From: Pseudomonadota bacterium
GTDB taxonomy: Bacteria; Pseudomonadota; Gammaproteobacteria; Burkholderiales; SG8-39
Reading direction: 5' to 3'
Length of the DNA: 57,649 nucleotides
Assembly: GCA_038040245.1 (NCBI GenBank)
Contig: JBBPIU010000004.1
Span: forward strand, 1 to 57,649
Shown here: piece after piece, positions 29,018 to 40,379 of the stretch
How the letters are laid out: each line of letters begins with the position of its first letter
Numbering within the stretch: position 1 is the stretch's first letter
Made by a program: the position numbers and the translations under genes
The notes under the pieces: generated by a model
Databases searched by the model: none
Told to the model about the DNA's origin: nothing
What the model saw: the letters and a program-made list of their open reading frames with translations, nothing else

Positions 29018-30303
29018 GTTGCCGCCTTGATCGGAATAGTCTGGCCCGTCTGGCCCGCTTTTTTGCCCCGTTCGCGCCGACGCCTCGCGCCGGGTGAGTA
29101 GTTGTCCTTGACGTAGGTCTCGACGATCGCCTGAAATTCCTCGGCGATGCGCCCGCCTTTGAGCGTCACGGTCTTTTCGCCGTCGACGTAGACCGGCGCC
29201 ACCGGCGTTTCATTCGTCCCCGGCAGGCTGATGCCGAGGTCCGCGTGCCTGGACTCGCCCGGGCCGTTCACCACGCAGCCCATCACTGCGACGCGCATCT
29301 CCTCGACTCCTGGGTAGCGCCCTTTCCAACCCGGCATGCTGTCCCGCAACCAGGTCTGTATCCGGTCCGCCAGCGTCTGAAAAACAGTGCTGGTGGTGCG
29401 GCCGCATCCCGGGCAGGCGGCGACCATCGGCGTGAAACTGCGCAGCCCCATGGTCTGCAGCAATTCCTGCGCCACGATCACCTCCCGTGTGCGCTCACCC
29501 CCCGGCTCCGGCGTGAGCGAGACGCGGATCGTGTCGCCGATGCCTTCCTGCAGCAGCACCGCCATCGCGGCCGTAGAGGCGACGATGCCCTTGGAGCCCA
29601 TGCCGGCCTCGGTGAGCCCGAGGTGCAGCGCGTAATCGCAGCGGTGGGCGAGCGCGCGGTAGACGAGGATCAGGTCCTGCACGCCGCTCACTTTGCAGGA
29701 GATCACGATGCGTTCGGCGGGCAGCCCGAGATTCACCGCCTGCGCCGCCGATTCGAGCCCGGAAACGATCAGCGCTTCGCGCATCACTTCATCCGCATCC
29801 TGCGGCGCGGCGCGGCGGCCGTTGTCGTCCATCATGCGCGCCAGCAGCTCCGGGTCCAGGCTGCCCCAGTTGACGCCGATGCGCACCGGCTTGCCGTACT
29901 TCAGCGCCGCCTCGATCATGGTGGCGAACTGGTCGTTCCGCTTCGCCCCTTTGCCGACGTTGCCGGGGTTGATGCGGTATTTGGCCAGCGCCCGGGCGCA
30001 TTCCGGATATTGGGTCAGCAACTTGTGGCCGTTGAAGTGGAAATCGCCCACCAGGGGCACATCGCAGCCCATGGCATCCAACTGGCCGCGGATGCGGGCG
30101 ACCTGCGCGGCGGCGTCCGGCGAATTGACGGTGATGCGCACCAGCTCGGAGCCGGTGCGCCACAGTTCGAACACCTGGCGGGTGGTGGATTCCGCGTCCG
30201 CGGTATCGGTGTTGGTCATGGACTGGACCACGACCGGGGCGCCGCCGCCGATCGCGACCTTGTCGACCATCACCTGCCGGGAAACCCTGCGAGTCATGCC
30301 CAT
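29014..30303 (-). CDS. ispG: HMBPP synthase IspG
   Basis: [48 protein letters not shown]. Confidence 0.97.
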   Translation of the reverse strand: MGMTRRVSRQVMVDKVAIGGGAPVVVQSMTNTDTADAESTTRQVFELWRTGSELVRITVNSPDAAAQVARIRGQLDAMGCDVPLVGDFHFNGHKLLTQYPECARALAKYRINPGNVGKGAKRNDQFATMIEAALKYGKPVRIGVNWGSLDPELLARMMDDNGRRAAPQDADEVMREALIVSGLESAAQAVNLGLPAERIVISCKVSGVQDLILVYRALAHRCDYALHLGLTEAGMGSKGIVASTAAMAVLLQEGIGDTIRVSLTPEPGGERTREVIVAQELLQTMGLRSFTPMVAACPGCGRTTSTVFQTLADRIQTWLRDSMPGWKGRYPGVEEMRVAVMGCVVNGPGESRHADLGISLPGTNETPVAPVYVDGEKTVTLKGGRIAEEFQAIVETYVKDNYSPGARRRRERGKKAGQTGQTIPIKAAT

Positions 30304-30312
30304 ACGTTGCGG

Positions 30313-31122
30313 TTACTCGAGCGTCAAGCGCGCCACCTCGACCTTGACATGCGGCGCGAGGTCGATCTGCCGGTCTTCGTAGGACAGCCGCACGTGCTGC
30401 GCGTTGCCGATGATGAGCGAGAACGGCGGCTTGCCTTCAACCGTCTGTTCGCTGCCCGCCGGGTTGAGCTGGGAAAGGAGCGTCTTGCCGTCGCGGCCGC
30501 GGACCTCCACCCACGACGCGCGCTCGAACTTCAGGACGATCCGGCGATTCCCTTCGGCTGCCGGCGTTGGCGCCGATGGCGCCGCCGCTTCGACACTCGG
30601 CAGCGGAGCGACATTCTGCGGCTTCATTGCGATAGGCAACGCGGCCGCCTGGCGCTGCGGCACGAGCGGCACGCGCGCGGCGGGCACGAAGCTCAGGCGC
30701 GCGGCATTGGAGCGCTCGCGCTGCCATTCGAACACCACCGCGGCGATCACGCCCAGGATCGTCACCGAAAGCGCGGCATAGATCAGGTTGGTGCGCCGGT
30801 TGTTGTCGGTGATCGGGATCGGCCGGCGGGTGCTGGCGACCGCCTCGGCATTGTCCGGCGCCGCAACGCGCGCCGCCATCCGGCCGACCAGCTGTTCGGC
30901 GTCGAGCTTCAGCAGGCGTGCATAAGAGCGCACCATGCCGCGCGCGAACGTGCCGGTGGGCAGGGCCTCGAAGCGCCCCTGCTCCATCGCCTCGATCTGC
31001 CGCGCCGCGAACTTGAGCTGCTGCGCGATGTCGGCAATCGAGAGTCCCAGCGCCGCGCGCGCCCGTGCCAGCTCTTCGCCGACGCCGGCGGCCGCATCGG
31101 TAACATGCGCGCTGTCAGTCAT
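30313..31122 (-). CDS. rodZ: RodZ-like HTH/TM/DUF4115 protein
   Basis: Start MTDSAH at 31122; HTH, FARGMVRSYARLL, TM segment, C-terminal SWVEV...IGNA; synteny. Confidence 0.87.
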   Translation of the reverse strand: MTDSAHVTDAAAGVGEELARARAALGLSIADIAQQLKFAARQIEAMEQGRFEALPTGTFARGMVRSYARLLKLDAEQLVGRMAARVAAPDNAEAVASTRRPIPITDNNRRTNLIYAALSVTILGVIAAVVFEWQRERSNAARLSFVPAARVPLVPQRQAAALPIAMKPQNVAPLPSVEAAAPSAPTPAAEGNRRIVLKFERASWVEVRGRDGKTLLSQLNPAGSEQTVEGKPPFSLIIGNAQHVRLSYEDRQIDLAPHVKVEVARLTLE

Positions 31123-31909
31123 ACTCCGCGCGCTGCAGCTGCTGGTACTCGCGCGAGGCGGCAAAGCGCCGCCGCAATTGATTCCCAAAGCTTGATTCGG
31201 CGACGCGTTCCCCGAGCTTGCGCTCGACGCGCAGCGCCAGCCACAGCGACTCCGCCGTCGGCTCGACGAGCTTGTGGTAGCGGCTGACCTGCTTGCGCGC
31301 CTCCTCCAGGCTGCCCTGGCGGTAGCGGATCTGGCCGAGCTGCAGCAGCGAGGCCGGATCGTTCGGCTCCTGACTAAGCGCGCGCTGGAAGAAATCCTCC
31401 GCTTCCTTCAGGTTGTTCTTGCGCAGCGAGCACACGCCCGCAGCGGAATACGAGCGCCACGGCGCCGGATACAGCGGATTGCGCACCGCCTGCATGAAGT
31501 AATTGATGGACTCGTTCTCGCGCCCGGTCTGGCACAGGAACCAGCCGTAGTTGTGGTTGATGTCCGGATCGGTCGGCGACAAGCGCAGCGCGCGCTCGAA
31601 ATTCGCCTGTGCCAGCTGATGCTCGCGCAATTCCAGGTAGACCAGCCCGTACAGGCTGTAGGTCAGCGGGTAGTTCGGGTCGGCCGCGGCGGCAATGCGC
31701 AGTTCGTCCAGCGCGACCGCCATGTTGCCGCGGCCGTAATAGAGCGCGGCAAGCTCGGCGTGCACCTTGGCGCGGTTGCGCGCATCACCGGGCTCGCCGG
31801 TAATGGTGACGGATTCGAACACCGGTTCGGTGCCGGCGGTCTGCGTGGTTCCGCAGCCGACCAGCGTGGCGGCGACCGCGGCAAGCGCGGTGCAAAGCAA
31901 GCGGTTCAT
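31115..31909 (-). CDS. pilW: Type IV pilus biogenesis/stability lipoprotein PilW (PilF)
   Basis: Start MNRLL at 31909, lipobox LVGC, TPR repeats, NHNYGWFLC. Confidence 0.9.
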   Translation of the reverse strand: MNRLLCTALAAVAATLVGCGTTQTAGTEPVFESVTITGEPGDARNRAKVHAELAALYYGRGNMAVALDELRIAAAADPNYPLTYSLYGLVYLELREHQLAQANFERALRLSPTDPDINHNYGWFLCQTGRENESINYFMQAVRNPLYPAPWRSYSAAGVCSLRKNNLKEAEDFFQRALSQEPNDPASLLQLGQIRYRQGSLEEARKQVSRYHKLVEPTAESLWLALRVERKLGERVAESSFGNQLRRRFAASREYQQLQRAEYD

Positions 31910-32991
31910 GCGCGAAGCTCCGTGATAGGTACGGTCTTGCTGCGGCGTGTACGGTCCGTGACATCGCCCGCGAGCTGGCCGCAGGCGGCGTCGATGCCCT
32001 CGCCGCGCGTCTTGCGCGTGGTGACGGTGAGGCCGGCGCGCTGCAGTACTTCCGCAAAGCGCCGGATGCGTTCCGGGCCCGAGCGCTTGAAGCCCGAGTG
32101 CGGAAACGGATTGAAGGGAATCAGGTTGAATTTGCATCGCACCCCGGCCGCGATGCCCAGCAGCGCCTTGGCCTGCGCGTTCGAGTCGTTGACGCCGTCG
32201 AGCATCACGTACTCGAAGGTGATGAAATCGCGCGGCGCCCGTTCGAGATAGCGGTTGCAGGCCGCGATCAGCTGGCGGATCGGATATTTACGGTTGATCG
32301 GCACCAGCCGGTCGCGCAATGCGTCGTCGGGCGCGTGCAGCGACACGGCAAGCGCCACCGGGCATTCCTCGGCGAGGCGATCCATGCCGGGCACCACGCC
32401 GGAGGTGGAAACCGTGACGCGCCGGCGCGACAGGCCGTAGCCGTTGTCGTCGATCATCAGGCGCGCGGCGGGAATCACCGCATCCAGGTTGAGCATCGGC
32501 TCGCCCATGCCCATAAACACCACGTTGCTGACCGCCCTCGGGCCGCCCGCATGGCAGCCCAGCGCCCGGTTGGCGAGCCACAGCTGGCCGATGATCTCGG
32601 CGGCGCTCAGGTTGCGGTTGAAGCCCTGTTTGCCGGTGGCGCAGAACGCGCAGTCGAGCGTGCAGCCCGCCTGGCTGGAAACGCACAGCGTGCCGCGGCC
32701 GTCCTGCGGAATGAACACCGCCTCGACCGCGTTGGCGCCATCCACCTTCAGCAGCCACTTGCGCGTGCCGTCGGGAGCGGTAGCGTCGCCGACGACCACC
32801 GGCGGCTCGATCGCCGCGGCCTCATTCAGCTTCGCGCGCAGTTCCTTCGCGATGTCGCTCATCGCGGTGAAATCGGCGGCGCCGCGGCGATGGATCCACT
32901 TCAGGACCTGGCGGGCGCGAAACGGCTTCTCGCCGAGCCCGGCGAAGAGCTTTTCCATGCCCTCCGAGTCGAGGCCCAACAAGTTGATCAC
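31906..32991 (-). CDS. rlmN: 23S rRNA/tRNA C2-methyltransferase RlmN
   Basis: Radical SAM CxxxCxxC (CTLDCAFC), [14 protein letters not shown]. Confidence 0.97.
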   Translation of the reverse strand: MINLLGLDSEGMEKLFAGLGEKPFRARQVLKWIHRRGAADFTAMSDIAKELRAKLNEAAAIEPPVVVGDATAPDGTRKWLLKVDGANAVEAVFIPQDGRGTLCVSSQAGCTLDCAFCATGKQGFNRNLSAAEIIGQLWLANRALGCHAGGPRAVSNVVFMGMGEPMLNLDAVIPAARLMIDDNGYGLSRRRVTVSTSGVVPGMDRLAEECPVALAVSLHAPDDALRDRLVPINRKYPIRQLIAACNRYLERAPRDFITFEYVMLDGVNDSNAQAKALLGIAAGVRCKFNLIPFNPFPHSGFKRSGPERIRRFAEVLQRAGLTVTTRKTRGEGIDAACGQLAGDVTDRTRRSKTVPITELRA

Positions 32992-33008
32992 GGGTTGGTC
33001 GCCATGGC

Positions 33009-33434
33009 CTAGCGCGGGAAGATCTCGTATCCCGGGAAGAAAAAGGCGATTTCAGCGCCCGCGGTCTCCGACGCATCCGAACCGTGCACCGCGTTGGCGT
33101 CGATCGAATCGGCGAAGTCGGCGCGGATGGTTCCCTTCGCGGCCTTCTTCGGATCGGTGGCGCCCATCAACTCGCGGTTCTTCAGGATCGCGCTGTCTCC
33201 CTGGAGCACCTGCACCAGCACCGGGCCGGAGATCATGAAATCCACCAGGTCCTTGAAAAACGGCCGCTCGCGGTGCACCACGTAAAATCCTTCCGCCTGC
33301 GCGCGCGACAGGTGCATCATGCGCGCGGCGATGACCTTCAGGCCGGCCGCCTCGAAGCGCGCGAGAATCCGGCCGATCGCGTTCTTTGCCACCGCGTCCG
33401 GCTTGATGATCGAAAAGGTGCGTTCCACCGCCAT
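33009..33434 (-). CDS. ndk: Nucleoside diphosphate kinase
   Basis: [27 protein letters not shown]; ATG at 33434. Confidence 0.97.
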   Translation of the reverse strand: MAVERTFSIIKPDAVAKNAIGRILARFEAAGLKVIAARMMHLSRAQAEGFYVVHRERPFFKDLVDFMISGPVLVQVLQGDSAILKNRELMGATDPKKAAKGTIRADFADSIDANAVHGSDASETAGAEIAFFFPGYEIFPR

Positions 33435-33520
33435 GCCATGATCCCCATAGCTGTTGCTGGATAGCTTTAAAGTATAGCACGATTGCACGCACTTCCACAT
33501 AAAAACAAGGGCTTAAGTAC

Positions 33521-34336
33521 ATGTACCGCACCCTGAAACTTGACCTCAAGGACGCCATCGCCACGGTGACGCTGAACCGGCCCGATGCGCGCAATGCGAT
33601 GTCGGCCGAACTGATGGGCGAAATGATCGCCTGCGCCGGCGAGATCGCCGCGCGCCGCGACGTCGATGTCGCCATCGTGCAGGGCAGCGGCGCGTGCTTT
33701 TCGGCGGGTGCCGACCTGAAAGATGTCACGCGCTGGTCGAATGCCGGACAGCCGCTCGATGCACAGCGCGAGATCGCGGCGCTCGGCTATCGCATGGCGC
33801 GCGCCTGGGAGGAACTGCCGCAGATCACGCTCGCCGCCATCGAGGGCTACGCCATCGGCGGCGGCTTCGCGCTGGCCGCCGCGCTCGACTGGCGCGTGAT
33901 GGCGAACAACGCCTTCGTCTCGCTGCCCGAAATCGCGCTCGGCATTCCGCTCACCTGGGGAACGCTGCCGCGCCTCGTCAACCTGGTCGGGCCAGCCCGG
34001 GCGAAGCGGCTCACCATCCTGTGCGAACGTGTTCCTGCCGGTCAGGCGCTGGCCACGGGCCTGGCGGATTGGTTGGCGCCGCCCGGCAAGGCACTCAAAA
34101 CCGCGCGCGAGATCGCGGCAAAGGTGCTCGCGCTGCCGCGCAACTCGGTGCGCATGAGCAAGGAGTCGATTAACGCCTACGCCAGCATCGGCGCGCATGC
34201 CGCGAGCCACATGGCGCACGACCAGGTGCAGTTGGCCGCGGCGAGCCCGGAAGCGAAAGCAGCGCGCGAAGCCTTCGCGCTCAGGCGACGAACCGGCACC
34301 ACTCCGGCAAAAAACCGGTCGCGCGGCCGGCGCTGA
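33521..34336 (+). CDS. Enoyl-CoA hydratase/isomerase family protein
   Basis: LNRPDARNA, FSAGADL, GYAIGGG, LPEIALG. Confidence 0.9.
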   Translation: MYRTLKLDLKDAIATVTLNRPDARNAMSAELMGEMIACAGEIAARRDVDVAIVQGSGACFSAGADLKDVTRWSNAGQPLDAQREIAALGYRMARAWEELPQITLAAIEGYAIGGGFALAAALDWRVMANNAFVSLPEIALGIPLTWGTLPRLVNLVGPARAKRLTILCERVPAGQALATGLADWLAPPGKALKTAREIAAKVLALPRNSVRMSKESINAYASIGAHAASHMAHDQVQLAAASPEAKAAREAFALRRRTGTTPAKNRSRGRR

Positions 34337-35555
34337 CGTAGTCCGCATTCACGCCCAGTCCCGGAACCCAGACCAAATCGTCGCCGCAATACAGCAGCGG
34401 CAGGCGCTCCCGCTCCCAGGGCGGCACGCCCGCCTCCTGGAACAGGTTCTTCAGCGTGCGCCGCGGCCGCCGGGCGTCGGTCCGAAGTCGCTCTCCGCCG
34501 GAGCGGAGCCGGACCTGGAATGATTTCTTTTTCAGCAAGGCGCTGTCGATTCCCTGCCCCCGCACGCGCCGGAATCGCAACTCGCCGCCGAGCGCGGGTA
34601 CCGCGAGGCGCGCCTCCCCGTGCCACGACATGGGTTTGAACGCCGTTTTTTCCGCCGGTCGCAGTAATTTCACCTTCCCCCGGTAAACGCGCACGTCTAC
34701 CCCGTCATGATTGATTTTTACGTTTTCGCCCCGGCCGCCCAGCTGCTTGAGCATTTCGATCAGCTTGGCTTCGCTGGGTGCGCGCAGACCCTGCTCCTTC
34801 AGGTAGGCGCGCAGCATCGCGCGCGCGTCGAGTCCGGCGCCCGCGAAGTGGCGCGCGGCGCGCGCTAAGTTCTCCCGCCAGCGCCGAAACCTGGATTCCA
34901 GCAGCGGCCCGATGCGCCTGCGGATGAAATTCCGCGTCAGCGCTTCGTCGGCATTGGATTCGTCCTCGATCCACGGCAGGCGGTGCTCGTCGGCATACGC
35001 GCGGATCGCGCTGCGCGGCACCTCGAGCAGCGGCCGCAGCAGAAGCTTGCGGCCAAGCCTGCCCAGCGCCGGCATGCCGCTCGCGCCCTCCAGCCCCGCA
35101 CCGCGCAGCAGATTGAGAAGCACGGTTTCCGCCTGGTCGTCGAGATGATGGGCCAGCACGATTGCGTCGGCGCGAACGCCTTCGAAGGCTGCGCGGCGCG
35201 CATCGCGCGCCGCCGCCTCCAGGCCACGACCTTGTTTTTGAACGTTCACCCGAACTGCCGCGAACGGAATCTTCCATTCGAGGCAAAGCGCGCAACAGAA
35301 TTGCTGCCAATCACCCGCATTCGGACTCAATCCATGATTGACGTGGATTGCCGAAAGCTTGTAGCCGCACACCGGCGCGAGCGCATGCAGGACGTTCAGC
35401 AGGACCACCGAATCGACGCCGCCGGAGAAGCCGACGGCGACGCGCTTGCCGCGCAGTCCGGCCGCTGCGAGCAGCGCTTTCGCCGACGCGACGACCGGGA
35501 CGTCAGCGATCGCCGGTCTCGCGCTAGCGCTCGGCCGTTTCCTTGAAGCGGCCAT
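34281..35555 (-). CDS. tilS: tRNA(Ile)-lysidine synthase
   Basis: SGGVDS PP-loop, [26 protein letters not shown]; overlaps the end of accA. Confidence 0.94.
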   Translation of the reverse strand: MAASRKRPSASARPAIADVPVVASAKALLAAAGLRGKRVAVGFSGGVDSVVLLNVLHALAPVCGYKLSAIHVNHGLSPNAGDWQQFCCALCLEWKIPFAAVRVNVQKQGRGLEAAARDARRAAFEGVRADAIVLAHHLDDQAETVLLNLLRGAGLEGASGMPALGRLGRKLLLRPLLEVPRSAIRAYADEHRLPWIEDESNADEALTRNFIRRRIGPLLESRFRRWRENLARAARHFAGAGLDARAMLRAYLKEQGLRAPSEAKLIEMLKQLGGRGENVKINHDGVDVRVYRGKVKLLRPAEKTAFKPMSWHGEARLAVPALGGELRFRRVRGQGIDSALLKKKSFQVRLRSGGERLRTDARRPRRTLKNLFQEAGVPPWERERLPLLYCGDDLVWVPGLGVNADYVSAGRATGFLPEWCRFVA

Positions 35556-36492
35556 AGGCCATCAGCCGATCGAGACGCTCCTCGACCAGCTCCTTCGGTT
35601 TCTTGTCCTTCAACTGCTTGTACGCTTCTGTGAGCGCCTTCTTGAGCGATGCGCCGGTCGCCTGCGGATCGCGGTGCGCGCCGCCGAGCGGCTCGGCAAC
35701 GATCTTGTCGATCAGGCCCAGCGTTTTCAGGCGGCCGGCGGTGATGCCGAGCGTCTCGGCGGCCTCGGGCGCCTTGTCCGCGCTCTTCCAGAGGATCGAC
35801 GCGCAGCCCTCGGGCGAGATCACCGAGTAGGTCGCGTACTGCAGCATCAGCACGCTGTCGCCGACCGCGATCGCGAGCGCGCCGCCCGAGCCGCCCTCGC
35901 CGATGACGGTGACGATGAAGGGCGTCTTCAGGCTCGCCATCGCGTAGAGGTTGCGGCCGATCGCCTCGGACTGGTTGCGCTCCTCGGCGTCGATGCCGGG
36001 ATAGGCGCCGGGCGTATCCACGAAGGTAAACACCGGCAGCTCGAACTTCTCCGCGAGCTGCATCAGCCGCAGCGCCTTGCGGTAGCCCTCCGGGCGCGGC
36101 ATGCCGAAGTTGCGCAGGATCTTTTCCTTGGTATCGCGGCCCTTCTGGTGGCCGATCACCACGCAGGGCGCGCCGTCGAAGCGCGCCATCCCGCCCACGA
36201 TCGACAGGTCGTCGCCGAACACGCGGTCGCCGTGCAGTTCCTCGAAGCCGGTGAACATCATGCCGATGAAATCGAGCGAATAGGGGCGCTGCGGATGGCG
36301 CGCCACCTGCGCGACCTGCCAGGGCGTGAGCTTGGCGTAGATGTCCTTGGAGAGCGCCTGGCTTTTCTTGCTCAGGCGCTGGATCTCCTCGGAGATGTCC
36401 ACCGCCGAATCGTCCTGGGCGTAGCGCAGCTCGTCGATCCTGCCCTCCAGCTCGGCGACCGGCTGCTCGAAATCCAGGAAAACCGTTTTCAT
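35524..36492 (-). CDS. accA: Acetyl-CoA carboxylase carboxyltransferase alpha subunit
   Basis: [45 protein letters not shown]. Confidence 0.97.
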   Translation of the reverse strand: MKTVFLDFEQPVAELEGRIDELRYAQDDSAVDISEEIQRLSKKSQALSKDIYAKLTPWQVAQVARHPQRPYSLDFIGMMFTGFEELHGDRVFGDDLSIVGGMARFDGAPCVVIGHQKGRDTKEKILRNFGMPRPEGYRKALRLMQLAEKFELPVFTFVDTPGAYPGIDAEERNQSEAIGRNLYAMASLKTPFIVTVIGEGGSGGALAIAVGDSVLMLQYATYSVISPEGCASILWKSADKAPEAAETLGITAGRLKTLGLIDKIVAEPLGGAHRDPQATGASLKKALTEAYKQLKDKKPKELVEERLDRLMAYGRFKETAER

Positions 36493-36503
36493 GGGGGTGG
36501 ATT

Positions 36504-37625
36504 CTAGCCCACCGCGACGACGCGATTCCTGCCCGCCGCCTTGCCTGCGTAGAGCGCGCCGTCGGCGCGCCCGAGCAGATCTTCCACGCTTTCGCCGGGC
36601 CCGTTGGCCGCGACGCCGACCGTCACGGTCACCCGCCGGTCCGCGGGCAGCTGCGGGAATCCGGCGGCCTCGACCACGGCGCGCACGCGCTCGGCGGCCG
36701 TACAGGCGTCGGCACGGCCGGCGTCCGGCAGGATCAGCAGGAACTCCTCCCCGCCGTAGCGTCCCAGCACGTCCACGCCGCGCAAGCCCGAAATCGAAAT
36801 GTGCGCGAAGTGCTTGAGCACCGCGTCGCCCGCCGCGTGGCCGAGCGTGTCGTTGATGCTCTTGAAATGATCGATGTCGAACAGGCAGACGGCGAAGGCG
36901 GTGTGCAGGCGCTTCGCGCGCGAGTGCTCGCGCCGCAGCACTTCCAGCAGGAAACGGCGGTTGTACAGTCCGGTCAGCTCATCGTGGACCGCGATCTGTT
37001 CGATCCGCTCGAACGCTCCCTTGAGCTTGCGGTTGGCGGTGCCCAGCTCTGCGCGCAGGCTGTTCACGTAGCCACCGAAGACCGCGAACCACGGCACCAC
37101 CACCGCCACGACCGCGAATTCGACCATGTCGCCGACATGATTGCCGCTGGCGAAACCGAGCTGCGACGAAAGAAGCTGCATCGACCCGAAAATCAGGAGG
37201 ACGACCAGCCCGAGCATGAAGAAATCCTTGATTCTCAGGCGGAAGACGCCGAACAGAAACGGGATAACGTAGACCGGGAGCAGCGCCGCCCGCGCCTGCT
37301 CGGCGAAAAACATGACCATCGCGATATTCAGGGTGGCGAGAACGATCTGTTCTGTCGTGAGGCTCGGATCCCTGAAGCGCTGGTTGATGCCGGTGCGGAA
37401 CAGAACGTAAAAAAGTACGACCCTGAAGGCAGCGAAGGCGATGCCCCCGATCAGCACCGTGCGCGGCATCAGGCCCGCCCAGTAGCAGACGCAGAACAGC
37501 AGCACGACCAGCAGGGTCGTCCCGGACGCAATCAGGTAGCGCCGGACCCTGAGCGCCTGGTTGGGGTCCTCAGGAAAGAATCGGATTGGCGGCATCGACG
37601 AGCGGCTCGATTCAAGCGGCCGCAC
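36504..37625 (-). CDS. Membrane-bound diguanylate cyclase
   Basis: About 6 TM segments, [16 protein letters not shown], RxxD I-site (RGVD), RYGGEEF. Start is uncertain. Confidence 0.92.
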   Translation of the reverse strand: MRPLESSRSSMPPIRFFPEDPNQALRVRRYLIASGTTLLVVLLFCVCYWAGLMPRTVLIGGIAFAAFRVVLFYVLFRTGINQRFRDPSLTTEQIVLATLNIAMVMFFAEQARAALLPVYVIPFLFGVFRLRIKDFFMLGLVVLLIFGSMQLLSSQLGFASGNHVGDMVEFAVVAVVVPWFAVFGGYVNSLRAELGTANRKLKGAFERIEQIAVHDELTGLYNRRFLLEVLRREHSRAKRLHTAFAVCLFDIDHFKSINDTLGHAAGDAVLKHFAHISISGLRGVDVLGRYGGEEFLLILPDAGRADACTAAERVRAVVEAAGFPQLPADRRVTVTVGVAANGPGESVEDLLGRADGALYAGKAAGRNRVVAVG

Positions 37626-37643
37626 GGGTCGTAGCCGCCTGCT

Positions 37644-38258
37644 TCAGTATTCTACCGGCGCCGGGTCGAGCGAGCGCCAGAGATACCAGGTCGCCACCGA
37701 ACGCCAGGGCCGCCAGGTTTCGCCCAGCCTGCGCATGGTCTTCAGCAACACCGGGCGCTTGAAGTAGGTAAGCTGGATGCCCCTGCGCAACCCCAGGTCG
37801 TCCAGCGGAAACACGTCGGGCCGCAGCAGGTTGAACATCAGGAACATTTCCGCGGTCCAGCGGCCGATGCCGCGCACCTGGACCAGGTCCGCAACCACTT
37901 CCTCGTCGCTCATGTCCGGCCAGCGGTGCACGTGCACCGCGCCGTCGGCGAAGCGCTGCGCGAGGTCCCGGATGTATTCACCCTTGCGCTCCGACAAGCC
38001 GCAAGCTCTAAGGTCTTTTGCGGTTGCTTTCAGCACTTGTTCCGGTGAAGCAACAGAAACCAGAGTGAAAAACCGGTTCCATACGCTTTGCGCAGCCTTG
38101 ACCGAAATCTGCTGGCCGACGATGGCGCGCGCCAGGGTATGGAACGCGTCGCCACGCGGCTCGAGGTGGACGCGCGGGTGACGGCGGATGATCTTCGCCA
38201 TCACCGGATCGCCGCGCATGAGCGCGCGCCTGGCGCGGTCCCAGTATTCAGGTTTCAT
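37644..38258 (-). CDS. DNA-3-methyladenine glycosylase (AlkA/HhH-GPD family)
   Basis: IVGQQISVKAA, VRGIGRWTAEM, PDVFPLDDLG, WRPWRSVATWYLW. Confidence 0.92.
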   Translation of the reverse strand: MKPEYWDRARRALMRGDPVMAKIIRRHPRVHLEPRGDAFHTLARAIVGQQISVKAAQSVWNRFFTLVSVASPEQVLKATAKDLRACGLSERKGEYIRDLAQRFADGAVHVHRWPDMSDEEVVADLVQVRGIGRWTAEMFLMFNLLRPDVFPLDDLGLRRGIQLTYFKRPVLLKTMRRLGETWRPWRSVATWYLWRSLDPAPVEY

Positions 38259-39266
38259 TCAGCTCCGGTGCAGGGGCAGGTTGAGGATCAGGTTCTGCGG
38301 CTTCATTTTCACCGCGTCGTTCTCGTCCGAGGCGAGCGCGACGTAGACCGAGCGGCCGGCGATGTCGCGGCGCATTTCATCGGGCTCGGCAAACTCCATG
38401 CGCAACAGCGCGAGAATCCGGCGCATGCGCCCGGCCTCGACTTCGTCGCCCGCCCAGAGCGCATTCAGGATCGCCGTGGACTCGGCATCCAGCCCGATGT
38501 GCCAGGCCCAGCGCGGCTCCTCGATCCTGCGCACCGGCGCCACCGCCAGCTTCACGCCGCAGAAATGCAGCACCCATGCTTCGATCACCCGGCACAGGCC
38601 CTCCAGCGCCGGGCGGCCGTAGGTCAGGCTGATCACGGTGTCGTGGCGCGACTCACGTTCCCAGTACGACTCGGCATTGGCGCGGTCCAGGACATCGAGA
38701 TCCGCCTTGCCGGTCGCGCCCTGCGCTTCGACGATCAGCCGGCCCAGGTCGCCGTATTGCGAGCCGGAGGCGTGCATTTCGACCGTTTCCAGGTCGGCGA
38801 GCAGCACGTGGCCGTCCTGGATGGTGGCCTTCTGGTCGCGGAACAGCAGTTCGGCGGCACGCAGCGCCAGGGTGTCGGTGCAACCGTCCAGGATGTTGCG
38901 CAGCACGACGTGGACCATCTGCTGTATGAAGAGCGGCGGGACATCCACATCCCCTTTGAACAGGTTCATGTAGCAGCTCTCGACGGTGCCCGCCTCCAGC
39001 AGCCGATCGCGGAAGCGCAACACGATCTCGTAGTTGTCCTTTGCGTCCCGATCTTTCAAAAGATTCAATTCTTCTTTCGAAACAGGACGCCGCGGCTCCT
39101 GCATAAGCGAGCCATGCAAGCTCAATTCGGCTTCACAGGACTCCTCGACCGGGTGAATCTCCGGCCTCAGGTAGTAGGCGCGAAGATAGTCGTCGGTGAC
39201 GCGCAGCCTCCCCGACGCGTCCTTCTCGAGAAGGTGGATGCCGCTGTTACGCCAGAAATCAGGCAG
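38259..39266 (-). CDS. Conserved hypothetical protein (DUF6352-like); probable CTG start
   Basis: Frame stays open and protein-like upstream of the track start: (L)PDFWRNSGIHLL...VTDDYLRAYYLRPEIHPVEESC; C-terminal WHIGLD, KPQNLILNLP. Confidence 0.7.
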   Translation of the reverse strand: MPDFWRNSGIHLLEKDASGRLRVTDDYLRAYYLRPEIHPVEESCEAELSLHGSLMQEPRRPVSKEELNLLKDRDAKDNYEIVLRFRDRLLEAGTVESCYMNLFKGDVDVPPLFIQQMVHVVLRNILDGCTDTLALRAAELLFRDQKATIQDGHVLLADLETVEMHASGSQYGDLGRLIVEAQGATGKADLDVLDRANAESYWERESRHDTVISLTYGRPALEGLCRVIEAWVLHFCGVKLAVAPVRRIEEPRWAWHIGLDAESTAILNALWAGDEVEAGRMRRILALLRMEFAEPDEMRRDIAGRSVYVALASDENDAVKMKPQNLILNLPLHRS

Positions 39267-39837
39267 GGGCGAGAACCAGGCGGGAATGCGCCGCCACGTG
39301 CTGCTTGAGGAACTCCACCTGGTCGGACAGGATGCGCCGGTTGGTCAGGATCAGGTATTCCGCCTTGTTCGGCACATACGGCAGGTACAGCAGTTCCATG
39401 CCGGCTTCCTCCGGAAGGCGGTTGCGCTTGTGGCCGTTGCAATGGCGGCAGGCGGTGACCACGTTCATCCAGGTGTCGCGCCCGCCGCGCGACATCGGCC
39501 GGATGTGGTCCCGCGTCAGGCGGAAGAAGTTGAACTCGCCGGCGCAGTAGGCGCACATGTGGCGGTCGCGGCGGAACAGTTCGCGGTTGTTCAGCGGCGG
39601 CACCTGGTTGAAGCCCCTGGCGGCCAGCGCCTTACCCTTGATCGCGATGATCGAGTGCGCCGTGATGCTGGAGCGCTCGCCGGTCATGCGCGAGATGCCG
39701 CCATAGAAAGTAAACGTCGACTCGCCCATGGTCCAGGCGACCAGGTTCTTGGCGTAGTAGAAACACGCCTGTTGCCAACTGATCCAGCGGTGCGGAACAC
39801 CGTGGTTGTCGAGGGAGAGGATGAGCGGGCCGTCCAT
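39259..39837 (-). CDS. HNH endonuclease family protein
   Basis: RRDRHMCAYC, TRDHIRP..RGG, WMNVVTACRHCN..K. Confidence 0.9.
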   Translation of the reverse strand: MDGPLILSLDNHGVPHRWISWQQACFYYAKNLVAWTMGESTFTFYGGISRMTGERSSITAHSIIAIKGKALAARGFNQVPPLNNRELFRRDRHMCAYCAGEFNFFRLTRDHIRPMSRGGRDTWMNVVTACRHCNGHKRNRLPEEAGMELLYLPYVPNKAEYLILTNRRILSDQVEFLKQHVAAHSRLVLAPA

Positions 39838-39896
39838 GGTCGCCTATGCGGTTCCCGGTGGATTCTGCCGAATCGGATTGGGCTTGGCAATGCCCG

Positions 39897-39934
39897 GAAA
39901 AACAAAGGGCTGTGAGGCAAACCTCACAGCCCTT
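39897..39934 (-). terminator. Intrinsic terminator after the HU gene
   Basis: Minus strand AAGGGCTGTGAGG-tttg-CCTCACAGCCCTT (13-bp stem) followed by TGTTTTT. Confidence 0.85.
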
Positions 39935-39961
39935 GAAACCCGGGTTGCGAACCGGCCGTTA

Positions 39962-40252
39962 CTAGCGATCTCCGACCGCGTCCTTGAAGCCCTGCCCGGC
40001 CGCGAAGGCGGGGACGGTCTTGGCGTTGATCTTGATTTCTTTGCCGTTGGTCGGATTGCGTCCGGCGCGCGCCTTGCGCTTGCGCGGCAGGAAGGTACCG
40101 AAACCGACCACGGTGACACGGTTACCTTTGGCGACGCTGGTCACGATCGCCTCGAAGATGGCGTTGACCGCCTCGCCTGCGGCGGTCTTGCTGAGATTGC
40201 CGGCGCGCGCCGCAGCATGAACCAGGTCCGACTTGGTTACTACGGATGGCAT
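39962..40252 (-). CDS. HU-family DNA-binding protein
   Basis: TKSDLV, VTVVGFGTF, RKARAGRNPTNG, PAFAAG; ATG at 40252 with GAGGGAG upstream. Confidence 0.94.
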   Translation of the reverse strand: MPSVVTKSDLVHAAARAGNLSKTAAGEAVNAIFEAIVTSVAKGNRVTVVGFGTFLPRKRKARAGRNPTNGKEIKINAKTVPAFAAGQGFKDAVGDR

Positions 40253-40379
40253 GCGCGCTCCCTCTTCTGACTTTACTGACTTTACCGACGGGGCATGATA
40301 GCGACAACGGATCGCGAATACAATCGCCGCAACGGATTTTTTTCGCCGTTGCGAATTTTTTCCTGAACGCGGAAAAATT

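Noticed and set aside
24544-31287. 874-aa and 680-aa plus-strand ORFs
   Set aside because: Antisense shadows of der/bamB and ispG/rodZ.
34281-34336. 56-bp convergent overlap of the enoyl-CoA hydratase and tilS 3' ends
   Set aside because: Short tail overlaps are common in GC-rich genomes; no evidence of function.
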